Source: a virus
Length of the DNA: 64,000 nucleotides
IMG/VR virus record: IMGVR_UViG_3300047369_000529
Location: 1 to 64,000 of that record
Strand: one strand, 5' to 3'
Shown here: piece after piece, positions 47,349 to 56,496 of the stretch
Numbering within the stretch: position 1 is the first letter of the stretch
Layout of the letters: every line of letters begins with the position of its first letter
Made by a program: the position numbers and the translations under genes
The notes under the pieces: generated by a model
Databases searched by the model: none
Told to the model about the DNA's origin: nothing
Seen by the model: only the letters and a program-made list of their open reading frames with translations

Positions 47349-48274
47349 GAATAATAGTAACTGGTGGATTTGGATTTATAGGATCTGAATTTGTAAACAC
47401 GATTAGTAGAAAAAACCCAACAGCAGAAATTGTAGTAGTTGATAAAATGACTTATGCTGCAAACCCAAAGAATGTTAAAACCGGAATAGCTTTAATTAAA
47501 AAAGATATATGTGATGTGACACCCCGTGACTTAGGAGAATATGATTACATGGTACATTTTGCAGCTGAGAGCCACGTAGATAATTCTATAAAAGACGGAA
47601 GACCTTTTGTTAGAACAAACGTAGAGGGAACCTTTAATCTATTAGAATGTGCAAGACAAAATAAAAACCTTAAAAAATTTATTCATATCTCTACGGATGA
47701 AGTTTACGGAGATATGGACGATATTAGTAAGGACGTATTAGCGGATGAAGAATTTCCACTAGTAGCATCTTCTTATTATTCGGCGACAAAGGCATCATCT
47801 GATATGCTAGTCCTTTCAGCAAACAGAACATTTGATCTTCCATATATTATTACGAGAACATGTAATAATTACGGTGCTCATCAACATAAAGAAAAATTTA
47901 TCCCAACCATTATGAGATCCATTAAAGAAGGAAAGAAAATTCCAGTATATGGAGATGGAAAGCAAGTTAGAGAATGGATGGACGTAACAGACAATACGTT
48001 AGTTATTTATAACTTAATGATGTCAGATAGAATTAACGAAGTATTTAATATCGGTTCTGAAGAAAGATACACTAATTTAGAGGTTATTGAAATGATCGGA
48101 AAAATTATGGGTAGAACTCCAGAATATGAATTTGTTCCGGATAGACTTGGGCACGATAGAAGATACGCGCTTAATAGCTCAAAGGTAAATGCTATTTTAG
48201 GAGAAATGATTCCTCTTTCCTTTGAAGAATTTTTAAAAGAAGAAACTATTAAATTATTAGAAACTCAATTATGA
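47345..48274 (+). CDS. rfbB: dTDP-glucose 4,6-dehydratase
   Basis: TGGFGFIGS, DKMTYA, HFAAESHVDNSI, ISTDEVYG, YSATK, NNYG, DRLGHDRRYA. Confidence 0.93.
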   Translation: MRIIVTGGFGFIGSEFVNTISRKNPTAEIVVVDKMTYAANPKNVKTGIALIKKDICDVTPRDLGEYDYMVHFAAESHVDNSIKDGRPFVRTNVEGTFNLLECARQNKNLKKFIHISTDEVYGDMDDISKDVLADEEFPLVASSYYSATKASSDMLVLSANRTFDLPYIITRTCNNYGAHQHKEKFIPTIMRSIKEGKKIPVYGDGKQVREWMDVTDNTLVIYNLMMSDRINEVFNIGSEERYTNLEVIEMIGKIMGRTPEYEFVPDRLGHDRRYALNSSKVNAILGEMIPLSFEEFLKEETIKLLETQL

Positions 48275-48486
48275 ATGCAAAATTAATCGAAATGCTAAGA
48301 GCAGACGCTCTAGCACAAAAAGCAAAAGCACTTTTAACTTTAGACCTTTTAGGTAATAAAGGATCGGGTATTGGAGACCACTCTACTAAAGACTTTTATG
48401 AAAATGCAGATGAGGCGTTAACTATGCTAGTCGATGCAGATGATAAATTAGAAGCTTTAGATAAGTATTTTCCACAGGACTTATAA
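48271..48486 (+). CDS. hypothetical phage protein
   Basis: 71 aa helical hairpin with GIGDH motif. Confidence 0.6.
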   Translation: MNAKLIEMLRADALAQKAKALLTLDLLGNKGSGIGDHSTKDFYENADEALTMLVDADDKLEALDKYFPQDL

Positions 48487-48503
48487 AAATGCACTTTTTT
48501 TGA

Positions 48504-48543
48504 AAAAAAACAGCCCGGGATTTTTTTATCTCGGGTTTTTTTG
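48504..48543 (+). terminator. intrinsic terminator-like hairpin (possibly bidirectional)
   Basis: A-run, CCCGGGAT / ATCTCGGG stem (one G-U pair), T-run. Confidence 0.6.
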
Positions 48544-48575
48544 TTATATTTATAGAGTAATAATTAATTAAAGAT

Positions 48576-48953
48576 ATGCCTTACATAACAAAAGAACAAG
48601 TTTCAGAAAAAAGAAAGCAACTTAAAAAAGCCCTGCCACAGTATAAATTATCTATTACCACTGAACATTACAGTGGAATCAAGGTCGCAATTATGAATGG
48701 ACCAACTGACTTTGGCACTGAATATACACAACTAAGTCCTTATAGAAATTATAGAGAAGAAAGATACAACTCAGATACGGGAGAATGGGAAAGCCAGCCC
48801 GTAATTGCAGATGTAATGGAGGTTATTATGCCTATTCTAAACGAAGGAATGGGAGAAGGATTTGAAGACAGTGATTATGGTCACGTTCCTGACTATTACA
48901 CATGGGTTCAAATAGGTAAGTGGGATAAAAATTACGAAGTAAAAATAAAATAA
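48576..48953 (+). CDS. hypothetical phage protein (LPD29-like)
   Basis: MPYI....V...R..LK...P..K.S....YS.I.V and DSDYG...YY....IGKWDK.Y pattern. Confidence 0.55.
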   Translation: MPYITKEQVSEKRKQLKKALPQYKLSITTEHYSGIKVAIMNGPTDFGTEYTQLSPYRNYREERYNSDTGEWESQPVIADVMEVIMPILNEGMGEGFEDSDYGHVPDYYTWVQIGKWDKNYEVKIK

Positions 48954-48955
48954 GA

Positions 48956-49423
48956 ATGAAAGATATTCTAGAAGTTGTAAAATTAAAATTAGAATTAGAA
49001 GAAAAAGCAAAGAAAGTTTTTGAGCAAACTAATGCTAACATCATGGGAGCGGCCACTGAAGAAATCATAGCAAGGTGGTTGACAAAAATAAAAGGAACAC
49101 AATATCTTTGTATAGGAGGAAATCAAAAAGGATACGATGTCACCTGTGAAAAATTTAAAGATACGTACGAAGTTAAACATACTAATACAACCGTTTCTGC
49201 GTATCACTATGGAAACTTAGAAAGTAAAGATGCCAAACATATCGTGTTTGTTAAATGGGAATATGGTTCTCTTTTAAATGCAGAATACGCATATATATTT
49301 CCAAATAAGGTTGTTAAAGAAAATTTAAATAAGAGAGGTAAATTCACAATGTCTAATTTACATAAAACATCTCATCTCGCAGAAGACATTACAACTAGCC
49401 TAAATAATTTTATATCTAATTAA
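48956..49423 (+). CDS. putative PD-(D/E)XK endonuclease
   Basis: G...E, KGYDV, YEVK motif spacing. Confidence 0.55.
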   Translation: MKDILEVVKLKLELEEKAKKVFEQTNANIMGAATEEIIARWLTKIKGTQYLCIGGNQKGYDVTCEKFKDTYEVKHTNTTVSAYHYGNLESKDAKHIVFVKWEYGSLLNAEYAYIFPNKVVKENLNKRGKFTMSNLHKTSHLAEDITTSLNNFISN

Positions 49424-49424
49424 A

Positions 49425-49592
49425 ATGAATAAAGAAATAATTTTAAAAATCATAGAAAGTTCGTTAGAAGAAATTAAGTTTTCTGATCCTGATCATGAAA
49501 CACAGTTTGCATATAATGAAGGAGCAGAAGACGTTGCCATAAAGATAGAAGAAAAATTAGAAGAACTATCCGTAAACAAAACACATATATAG
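49425..49592 (+). CDS. hypothetical protein (55 aa, below ORF-track cutoff)
   Basis: MNKEIILKIIESSLEEIKFSDPDHETQFAYNEGAEDVAIKIEEKLEELSVNKTHI*; fills the gap, starts 2 bp after the previous stop. Confidence 0.55.
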   Translation: MNKEIILKIIESSLEEIKFSDPDHETQFAYNEGAEDVAIKIEEKLEELSVNKTHI

Positions 49593-49600
49593 AGTATAAT
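49574..49600 (+). promoter_or_regulatory. putative pre-replicative promoter AAAC-N16-GTATAAT
   Basis: Upstream of 49617. Confidence 0.6.
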
Positions 49601-49616
49601 AACTAAACACATTCTT

Positions 49617-49883
49617 ATGAAAAGTATTCTCGAAGAAGCAAATGAAATTGTAAATAACAGAAGTGAAGAAGCGGACCGTAATTATGGTCCTTTTTCAGAA
49701 GGCATGGACAGAGCAGCTTTAATCTTTAAGGGCATGACAGGTCATGATGTAACAGGTGCAGATATGTTTAAGGCACTAGTTGCACTTAAATTTTCAAGAG
49801 AAAGTTACAATCATAAGAGAGACAATCTCTTAGATGCGGTTGCATATATTCAAGGTTTAGATAACTATGTAAATAATAAATAA
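49617..49883 (+). CDS. DUF6378-like protein
   Basis: SILEEA..IV...R..YG, LK.SR, D...D...Y pattern. Confidence 0.65.
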   Translation: MKSILEEANEIVNNRSEEADRNYGPFSEGMDRAALIFKGMTGHDVTGADMFKALVALKFSRESYNHKRDNLLDAVAYIQGLDNYVNNK

Positions 49884-49884
49884 T

Positions 49885-50238
49885 ATGAAAGTTCAGGTAA
49901 GAAGAACAGAGTATCGTTACATTGCAGAGGCAACTCCAATTGTAACTTTAGAAACTGAAAAATTTCCAAATTTTAAAGGAACGACTGAAGAAGAGTTTGT
50001 AGAATATCTCGCAGAGAATTATTGGGATTTAGAAGGAATGGATGAACTTGTAGGTTCAGATATTGGAGTAACTGACGAAGAAACGCACGAAGCCCTGGCA
50101 GATTTGGTATATTCAGAAATGGACATATATTCTGACTCTTCTGAAAAAGGATATGAAGGAGAAATACAGATAGGAGAAGAAGATGAATCTTGGAGAAAGC
50201 ATGGAGGATTTAATATAAAACACGGATCACAAATATGA
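49885..50238 (+). CDS. acidic hypothetical protein
   Basis: 117 aa, strongly Glu/Asp-rich. Confidence 0.55.
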   Translation: MKVQVRRTEYRYIAEATPIVTLETEKFPNFKGTTEEEFVEYLAENYWDLEGMDELVGSDIGVTDEETHEALADLVYSEMDIYSDSSEKGYEGEIQIGEEDESWRKHGGFNIKHGSQI

Positions 50239-51458
50239 AAATAGCACTAGTATTAGCAAAAGGAGTCGAAGGCTGTGGACTCACAAGACACACAATCGAA
50301 TTTTATAATTGGCTTATTAAAGAAGGTCATGATGCAACCATTTATGCAGCTATCGAAAAAAGATGGCCTCGTCATAAAATGACAGACATCGTAGCAACTG
50401 AATTCAAAAGAAAAGATATCCCTAATATCGCAAAAGAACTTGAAAAAAATGATGTAGTTTATTACACATCATATCCACACAAATCAGTTGGAGATGAGTT
50501 TAACGAAGACTTTATCGAACACTGTATTTATGGTCTTGAAAATCCTATTAAAATAGGAAATTGCCTTGACCACAATACTGCAAATCTTGCAAAGAATTAT
50601 AAATATTGGGAGATTATGAAATCCATGGATGCAATGTTTAATTATTCAGCAAGATCTAATTTTGCAAATAAATTAAGAGAACATGCACCTGACACGCCTC
50701 TCATCGAAATGAATCTTAATCCCTATGACTATGATGCTTGGAATCATGTTGTAGTTCCAGTTGAAGAGCAAGAAAGAAGAACTACTTATTTTGGTAGATT
50801 TGCAGGATTTAAAGATCCTTTTAGAATGTTCGATATTATGGAATTAATGAAAGATCATAATTTTGTAACAGAATGTAGAGGAGTTGAAAGATCAATGGGA
50901 GCTCTTCCTATGTTTCTTCAAGAAGATAGAAAAACTTTAAGACCAGACATCTTTGAAGTAAACGAAAAAAAGAATCCAATTACATATCCACAGGAGACTA
51001 ATAAACTATACATTCACGGACCTTATAATCTAGCTGAAGGAATGGGAGAACTAGGAAAATCAATGTTTGGTGCAGAGTTCTTTAATCTTCCTGAAAGACT
51101 TTACGGTTCTATGATAGAATATGCAATGTGCGAGGTAATCGCAGCAGGAACTATTCCTCTTTTCGATAAACACTGGGGAGAACATGTAATTCACAGAACA
51201 GAAGGAGTTCCGTTTATTCAATTAGAAGATTTTGCAATCTTTGTAGATAGAGATAACATCGAAGCCTCTATTCCGTTGATGTTAGAATTAGCAAACGATC
51301 ATGAAAGAAGAGATAAGTTCAGAAAAAACTCACTAAGATTGGCTAAATTACATAACGCCCCAGAAGTTGTTAACACTGATCTCTTCGAAGCTATTAACAA
51401 TGTTAATAAAAGATCTGTAGAAAAACCAGTAGAATTAAAAACAAATTCATTGTTTTAA
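50235..51458 (+). CDS. DNA alpha-glucosyltransferase-like (T4 AGT, GT-B fold)
   Basis: AKGVEGCGLTR vs T4 ARGLEGCGVTK; DH, GR...K, G.ERS, S..EY...E..A.GTIP.F colinear over about 400 aa. Confidence 0.85.
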   Translation: MKIALVLAKGVEGCGLTRHTIEFYNWLIKEGHDATIYAAIEKRWPRHKMTDIVATEFKRKDIPNIAKELEKNDVVYYTSYPHKSVGDEFNEDFIEHCIYGLENPIKIGNCLDHNTANLAKNYKYWEIMKSMDAMFNYSARSNFANKLREHAPDTPLIEMNLNPYDYDAWNHVVVPVEEQERRTTYFGRFAGFKDPFRMFDIMELMKDHNFVTECRGVERSMGALPMFLQEDRKTLRPDIFEVNEKKNPITYPQETNKLYIHGPYNLAEGMGELGKSMFGAEFFNLPERLYGSMIEYAMCEVIAAGTIPLFDKHWGEHVIHRTEGVPFIQLEDFAIFVDRDNIEASIPLMLELANDHERRDKFRKNSLRLAKLHNAPEVVNTDLFEAINNVNKRSVEKPVELKTNSLF

Positions 51459-51482
51459 GTATTATAATAAAGTAGCGAAAAA

Positions 51483-51950
51483 ATGGCAAACATAGACAAC
51501 GAATGCAAAGACTTAGAAGTTAAAGACTTCTATGCAGAATCTACCACCCACCTGGCAGATATTATGGAAAACCAAAAGAAAATGCAAGAGCAGACTTACG
51601 GTTTTAATTTTGAAAACATGACACTTAGGGAAGTTATGAATTTTTGGCACTGTAACACGCATGCAGTTATTGATGAAATTCATGAAATGACAGATGCCTT
51701 AGGAGGTATTAAAGACGGCAGCGGAAATGCTATCTGGAAATATTGGAAAAAAGATTTTACAAAATTTGATAATCTTAAAGTTTCAGATCTTTCTGAAAAT
51801 GATAAGAAAGAACTATATATGGAATGGGTAGATATTCTACACTTCTTTATTAATTATGCGGCATCAATTGGCCTCGATGCTAAAACAGCATACAACTATT
51901 ATTTCGCAAAAGCAGAAGAAAATGTTCAACGTCAAAAAAGAGGCTATTAA
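51483..51950 (+). CDS. dCTP/dUTP pyrophosphatase, T4 gp56-like
   Basis: NEC..L, DE..E....LG, A.WK.WK, E.VDI.HF, YY..K...N..RQ..GY all match gp56. Confidence 0.88.
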   Translation: MANIDNECKDLEVKDFYAESTTHLADIMENQKKMQEQTYGFNFENMTLREVMNFWHCNTHAVIDEIHEMTDALGGIKDGSGNAIWKYWKKDFTKFDNLKVSDLSENDKKELYMEWVDILHFFINYAASIGLDAKTAYNYYFAKAEENVQRQKRGY

Positions 51951-53347
51951 TGATATTAGACATTGAACAAAGAGACAAGGATGTAATTATATCATATTAC
52001 GACACCGAGGGTAAAGTAGCTTTTAAACAATATCCAGTTCAGCAATATCAAAATTGGTATGTATGTGACGGTAAAGATAGAGGTAGAAGTTTAGACCATA
52101 AAAACTGGGACGGAAGATCAGTGAAGCTTGGTAACGCAAGAAGATACAATAAATTTTCTTTAACTTATTTCCTAGACTCTTTACCTGAAAAAGATAAAGA
52201 AGAAATTTTTGCATATAATATGCCTAAAACATATTTTGTCGATATTGAGACAGAAATTGTTGATGGTTTTCCAAAAGCAGAAGAAGCAAAAAGTAGAATT
52301 CTATCTTTTTCTATTATCACACCTGATCATAAAGCAATTGTTCTTGGATTAGAAGATATGTCTTCTTCTAATATTCAAAAGATTGAAGAAGATACTAATA
52401 ACTATTTTAAGAACTTTGATCAAGATTGGGAATTTAGGTATCATAAGTTTGAAACTGAATATGATATGGTCTACACCTTCTTAATGAAATTTCTACCTAA
52501 GTTTCCAATGATGACAGGCTGGAACTTTATTAACTATGACTGGCAATATATTGTAAACAGATGTAAAAGACTTCAAATAGATGTTGCAGAAGTTTCTATG
52601 ACTCAATCTTTAGATAGAAATGATAGTAGGCCTTTACATATTGGAATCTTAGATTACATGCAACTTTATGATAAGTATGATAGATCTGTAAAGGTAAAGG
52701 AATCTAATGCACTTGATTATGTAGCAGGACAAGTTCTAAATGTAAATAAGATTAAGTTTACAGGTTCACTCCAAGACCTTTACAGAGATGATTTTACTAA
52801 ATACATTTATTATAATGTAGTTGACTCGGTTCTTGTATATTATATCGATCAACAATTAAAGTCAATGGAAGTTCTATTAACTCTTGCAAACATTACAAAA
52901 ATGCCTCTCTATAAAGCTGCATCTCCGGTTGCTGTAACAGAATCATTGATTGCAAGAAAACTTTCAGAAGAAGGTAAAAGAATTGGCTCAGAATCTAAAG
53001 AAGATGGAGAAAAGAATGGACAATACGCTGGGGCTTTTGTAAAAGAACCCATCACAGGGTATTATGAAGGTGTAAGTGCATTTGACTTTGCTTCTCTATA
53101 TCCTTCTATTATGAGACAATTTAATATTTCACCAGATTCCTTTATAGAAAAAATAGATTCTAGTGAGATAAAAGAAAGAAGAAATGACAAAGAAGTTATT
53201 GTATGTGAGAACGGAGTTGTATACAAGCAAGAAACTTCAATGTTAAAAAAAATATTAGCAGATCTATATGATCAGCGTAAAGCATATAAGAATACCTCTT
53301 ATGAGTATTTTACAAAAGCTGATAAACTTAGAAAAAGATTAAGTTAA
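51950..53347 (+). CDS. family B DNA polymerase, N-terminal half (3'-5' exonuclease plus motif A)
   Basis: ExoI DIET, ExoII GWNFINYD, ExoIII YNVVD, YAGAFVKEP, motif A DFASLYPSI; stops in the first fingers helix. Confidence 0.9.
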   Translation: MILDIEQRDKDVIISYYDTEGKVAFKQYPVQQYQNWYVCDGKDRGRSLDHKNWDGRSVKLGNARRYNKFSLTYFLDSLPEKDKEEIFAYNMPKTYFVDIETEIVDGFPKAEEAKSRILSFSIITPDHKAIVLGLEDMSSSNIQKIEEDTNNYFKNFDQDWEFRYHKFETEYDMVYTFLMKFLPKFPMMTGWNFINYDWQYIVNRCKRLQIDVAEVSMTQSLDRNDSRPLHIGILDYMQLYDKYDRSVKVKESNALDYVAGQVLNVNKIKFTGSLQDLYRDDFTKYIYYNVVDSVLVYYIDQQLKSMEVLLTLANITKMPLYKAASPVAVTESLIARKLSEEGKRIGSESKEDGEKNGQYAGAFVKEPITGYYEGVSAFDFASLYPSIMRQFNISPDSFIEKIDSSEIKERRNDKEVIVCENGVVYKQETSMLKKILADLYDQRKAYKNTSYEYFTKADKLRKRLS

Positions 53348-53406
53348 TCTTTTTCTCTCAGGATGGTAGTTAACATATGTACTCGAATATATAACACCTA
53401 TCAACC

Positions 53407-53438
53407 CGAGACCAACTGTCAACAGTGTGGTCTTTTTT
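53407..53438 (+). terminator. hairpin plus T-run between pol-N and nrdB
   Basis: AGACCA-ACTGT-CA-ACAGT-G-TGGTCT then TTTTT. Confidence 0.5.
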
Positions 53439-53480
53439 AGACTTAGGTCTATTGTGTAAAAAATTAAGAAAACGTAAATT

Positions 53481-54485
53481 ATGAATCCATCAATTTTTAA
53501 AGAAAGAGTAGAATTTAAGCCTTTTGAATATCCAATATACTATACAGAAGGATGGTTAAAACAGGCACAGGCATTTTGGTTACATACCGAAATTTCAATG
53601 CAAGGAGATGTAAAGGATTGGAATGAGAATCTTTCTCCTTCTGAAAAAAACTTAGTTGGTAATATTCTTTTGGGGTTTGCACAAACTGAATGTGCAGTTT
53701 CTGATTATTGGACCAATATGGTCACAGACTGGTTTCCTAAACATGAAATTAGACAAATGGCTATGATGTTCGGTTCACAAGAAACTATACATGCAACTGC
53801 ATATTCTTATTTAAACGAAACTTTAGGATTAGATGACTTTTCAGGATTTTTACATGAACCTTCTACTGCCGAAAGATTTGAGTTCTTAATGAATACCACT
53901 TCTGAATATAAGCACAATGATCTTGAACATAACTCAGAGGCAAGGAAAGAAGTTGCTAGATCTTTAGCTATTTTTTCAGCATTTGCAGAAGGAGTAGCTC
54001 TTTACTCTTCTTTCGCAGTCCTTTATTCCTTTCAAATGAGAAACCTTCTTAAAGGTATTGGCCAACAAATGAAGTGGTCAGTAAGAGACGAATCTTTACA
54101 CTCAAAGATGGGATGCCAATTATTTAATCACATGTGCGAAGAATATCCTACACTAAGAGATGAGATAGAAATGGAAGTTAAAGAGGCAGCAAGGCTTATG
54201 ATAGATATGGAAATGCAATTTATTAATAAGATGTTTGAAATGGGAGATCTTGAAAACCTAAAAGCTTCCGACTTAAAGGAATTTATTAAGAAAAGAGGTA
54301 ACGAAAAGCTTGCAGAATTAGGTTATTCTTCCGTGTTTGAATATAATAAAGAAGCCGCTTCTGAATTAGATTGGTTTTATCACCTCACTGGAGGACACAC
54401 GCATACTGACTTTTTTGCAATTAGGCCAACTGATTATTCTAAAGCAGGAGAAGATGAAAATTGGGATGAAGATGATTTATTTTAA
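53481..54485 (+). CDS. nrdB: ribonucleotide reductase class I beta subunit
   Basis: KPFEYP, W..TE, QETIH..AY, EGV.LYSSF, RDESLH, DFFA. Confidence 0.95.
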   Translation: MNPSIFKERVEFKPFEYPIYYTEGWLKQAQAFWLHTEISMQGDVKDWNENLSPSEKNLVGNILLGFAQTECAVSDYWTNMVTDWFPKHEIRQMAMMFGSQETIHATAYSYLNETLGLDDFSGFLHEPSTAERFEFLMNTTSEYKHNDLEHNSEARKEVARSLAIFSAFAEGVALYSSFAVLYSFQMRNLLKGIGQQMKWSVRDESLHSKMGCQLFNHMCEEYPTLRDEIEMEVKEAARLMIDMEMQFINKMFEMGDLENLKASDLKEFIKKRGNEKLAELGYSSVFEYNKEAASELDWFYHLTGGHTHTDFFAIRPTDYSKAGEDENWDEDDLF

Positions 54486-54503
54486 AAGATAATATAAATA
54501 AAG

Positions 54504-56351
54504 ATGATTAGAAATTATAATGATGCTCCAAGTCCGGAGTATAACGAAAAGGGAAAAGAAAGAAATTGCGGAGAATCAGAAGGATGGAAGCTAGGAATAG
54601 ATTTTCCAGTATGGGCAAACACAGAAGTATATGTTAAAACTGTATCTAAAGGTTATCTTTTAGAAGGAGAAACTCCAAAGGACGCATATTGGAGAGTTTC
54701 AACAACAGTGGCACATAGGTTAGGAAAACCAGAATTAGCAAGTAAATTTTTCGACTATATGTGGAAAGGATGGTTAAATCTTGCAACTCCAGTTTTTTCA
54801 AACACAGGTTCAGAAAGAGGTCTTCCAATTTCATGTTTCGGGATAGACGTTGCTGATTCAATTCACGATATAGGTTCAAAGAATTTAGAATTAATGTTAC
54901 TTGCTAAACATGGAGGTGGTGTTGGCATCGGAGTAAATCAAATAAGACCGGCAGGGGCAACTATTACAGGAAACGGAACCTCAGACGGAGTAGTTCCATT
55001 TATAAAAATTTACGATTCTACTATTTTAGCAACTAATCAAGGTTCAGTAAGAAGAGGTGCAGCATCAGTTAATATAGATATAGAACATGATGATTTTTGG
55101 GAATGGTTAGAGGTTAGAGAACCTAAGGGTGACGTAAACAGACAATGTTTAAACGTACATCAGTGTATTGTAGTATCTGATGGGTTTATGCAAAAGATCG
55201 AGGCTGGAGATAAAGAAGCTCGTAAAAGATGGGCCGCTGTGATTAGAAAAAGAAGAGCAACGGGAGAACCTTATATAATGTTTAAGGGTAATATCAATAG
55301 AATGAATCCCGATGCATATAAACAAAATGGTTTAAAGGTTTATATGACTAACATCTGTTCTGAGATTACTTTACACACTGATGAAAATCATTCATTCGTA
55401 TGTTGCCTATCTTCTGTGAATCTTAAGAAATACGATGAGTGGAAAGATACTGATTTAATTTATACAGCAACATACTTTTTAGATGGAGTACTTCAAGAAT
55501 TTATTCACAGGGCAAAATACATGAGAGGGTTTGAAAATGCAGTTAGATCCGCAGAAAAGGGAAGAGCATTAGGCCTTGGAGTCTTAGGATGGCATACATA
55601 TTTACAAGATAGAAATATTCCATTTGACTCATTATCTGCACAATTTGAAACTAGAAAAATATTTTCACAAATTAAAGTAGAAAGTGAAAGAGCAAGTAGA
55701 GATTTAGCTACAGAATTTGGAGAACCGCTATGGTGTGTAGGAACTGGAATGAGAAACACTCACCTAAGAGCAATCGCCCCTACAGTTTCTAATTCTAAAT
55801 TAGCAGGCAACGTTTCTCCAGGTATAGAGCCATGGGCCGCAAATGTATTTACTGAACAAACAGCAAAGGGAACTTTTATTAGAAAGAATCCTGCACTTGA
55901 AGACATGCTAACTAAGATTAAACAAAATAAGAAAAGTGTATGGGATAAAATATTAGAAGATGGAGGTTCTGTTCAAGGAGTTGATATATTAGATGAATAT
56001 TGGGTAAAAGAAGGAAGTAACGATGCTCCAATCAGACAGACTGCCTATGACAAATTAACTGATCATGAAAAAGATCTTTATATTTCAGTTAAAGATGTGT
56101 TTAGAACATTTAAGGAAATTAATCAGATGGAATTAGTAAAACAGGCGGGAGTTAGACAGCAATATGTAGATCAAGCAGTTTCTTTAAACTTGGCATTTCC
56201 TACTCAAGCAGAACCTAAGTATATTAACCAGGTTCATTTAGAAGCTTACAAACAGGGAATAAAAACACTCTATTATATGAGAACTGAATCAGTATTAAGA
56301 GGAGATATTGCGCAGCGAGCGATGGATGATTGTTTAGCATGTGACGGATAA
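54504..56351 (+). CDS. nrdA: ribonucleotide reductase class I alpha subunit (no ATP cone)
   Basis: ISCF, GGGVG, RRGA, TNICSEI, APTVS, DQAVS, KTLYY, C-terminal CLAC. Confidence 0.95.
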   Translation: MIRNYNDAPSPEYNEKGKERNCGESEGWKLGIDFPVWANTEVYVKTVSKGYLLEGETPKDAYWRVSTTVAHRLGKPELASKFFDYMWKGWLNLATPVFSNTGSERGLPISCFGIDVADSIHDIGSKNLELMLLAKHGGGVGIGVNQIRPAGATITGNGTSDGVVPFIKIYDSTILATNQGSVRRGAASVNIDIEHDDFWEWLEVREPKGDVNRQCLNVHQCIVVSDGFMQKIEAGDKEARKRWAAVIRKRRATGEPYIMFKGNINRMNPDAYKQNGLKVYMTNICSEITLHTDENHSFVCCLSSVNLKKYDEWKDTDLIYTATYFLDGVLQEFIHRAKYMRGFENAVRSAEKGRALGLGVLGWHTYLQDRNIPFDSLSAQFETRKIFSQIKVESERASRDLATEFGEPLWCVGTGMRNTHLRAIAPTVSNSKLAGNVSPGIEPWAANVFTEQTAKGTFIRKNPALEDMLTKIKQNKKSVWDKILEDGGSVQGVDILDEYWVKEGSNDAPIRQTAYDKLTDHEKDLYISVKDVFRTFKEINQMELVKQAGVRQQYVDQAVSLNLAFPTQAEPKYINQVHLEAYKQGIKTLYYMRTESVLRGDIAQRAMDDCLACDG

Positions 56352-56402
56352 AGGTGTGGTTTGAAGACCACGTCTTAGGGCCGAGATAGTTCTCGGATTT
56401 TA

Positions 56403-56439
56403 GAAGCCAGGAGTTCGCTACTTCCTGGCTTCGTTTTTT
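56403..56439 (+). terminator. intrinsic terminator after nrdA
   Basis: GAAGCCAGGA...TCCTGGCTTC 10-bp stem followed by GTTTTTT. Confidence 0.75.
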
Positions 56440-56443
56440 ACTG

Positions 56444-56470
56444 AAACAATTTATGATTTTTGTGTAGAAT
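56444..56470 (+). promoter_or_regulatory. putative pre-replicative promoter AAAC-N16-GTAGAAT
   Basis: Upstream of the clamp gene, just after the terminator. Confidence 0.6.
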
Positions 56471-56496
56471 AATAAACAAATAAAAATTATACATTC

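Noticed and set aside
46197-48274. Host chromosomal DNA (prophage boundary or chimera) at mgsA-tagD-rfbB
   Set aside because: Same strand and similar composition as the flanks, interleaved with phage-type hypotheticals, and preceded by the same promoter motif as phage replication genes.
56352-56440. tRNA gene or SECIS after nrdA
   Set aside because: No cloverleaf or T-loop consensus; nrdA ends CLACDG with TGT Cys codons and no in-frame TGA.
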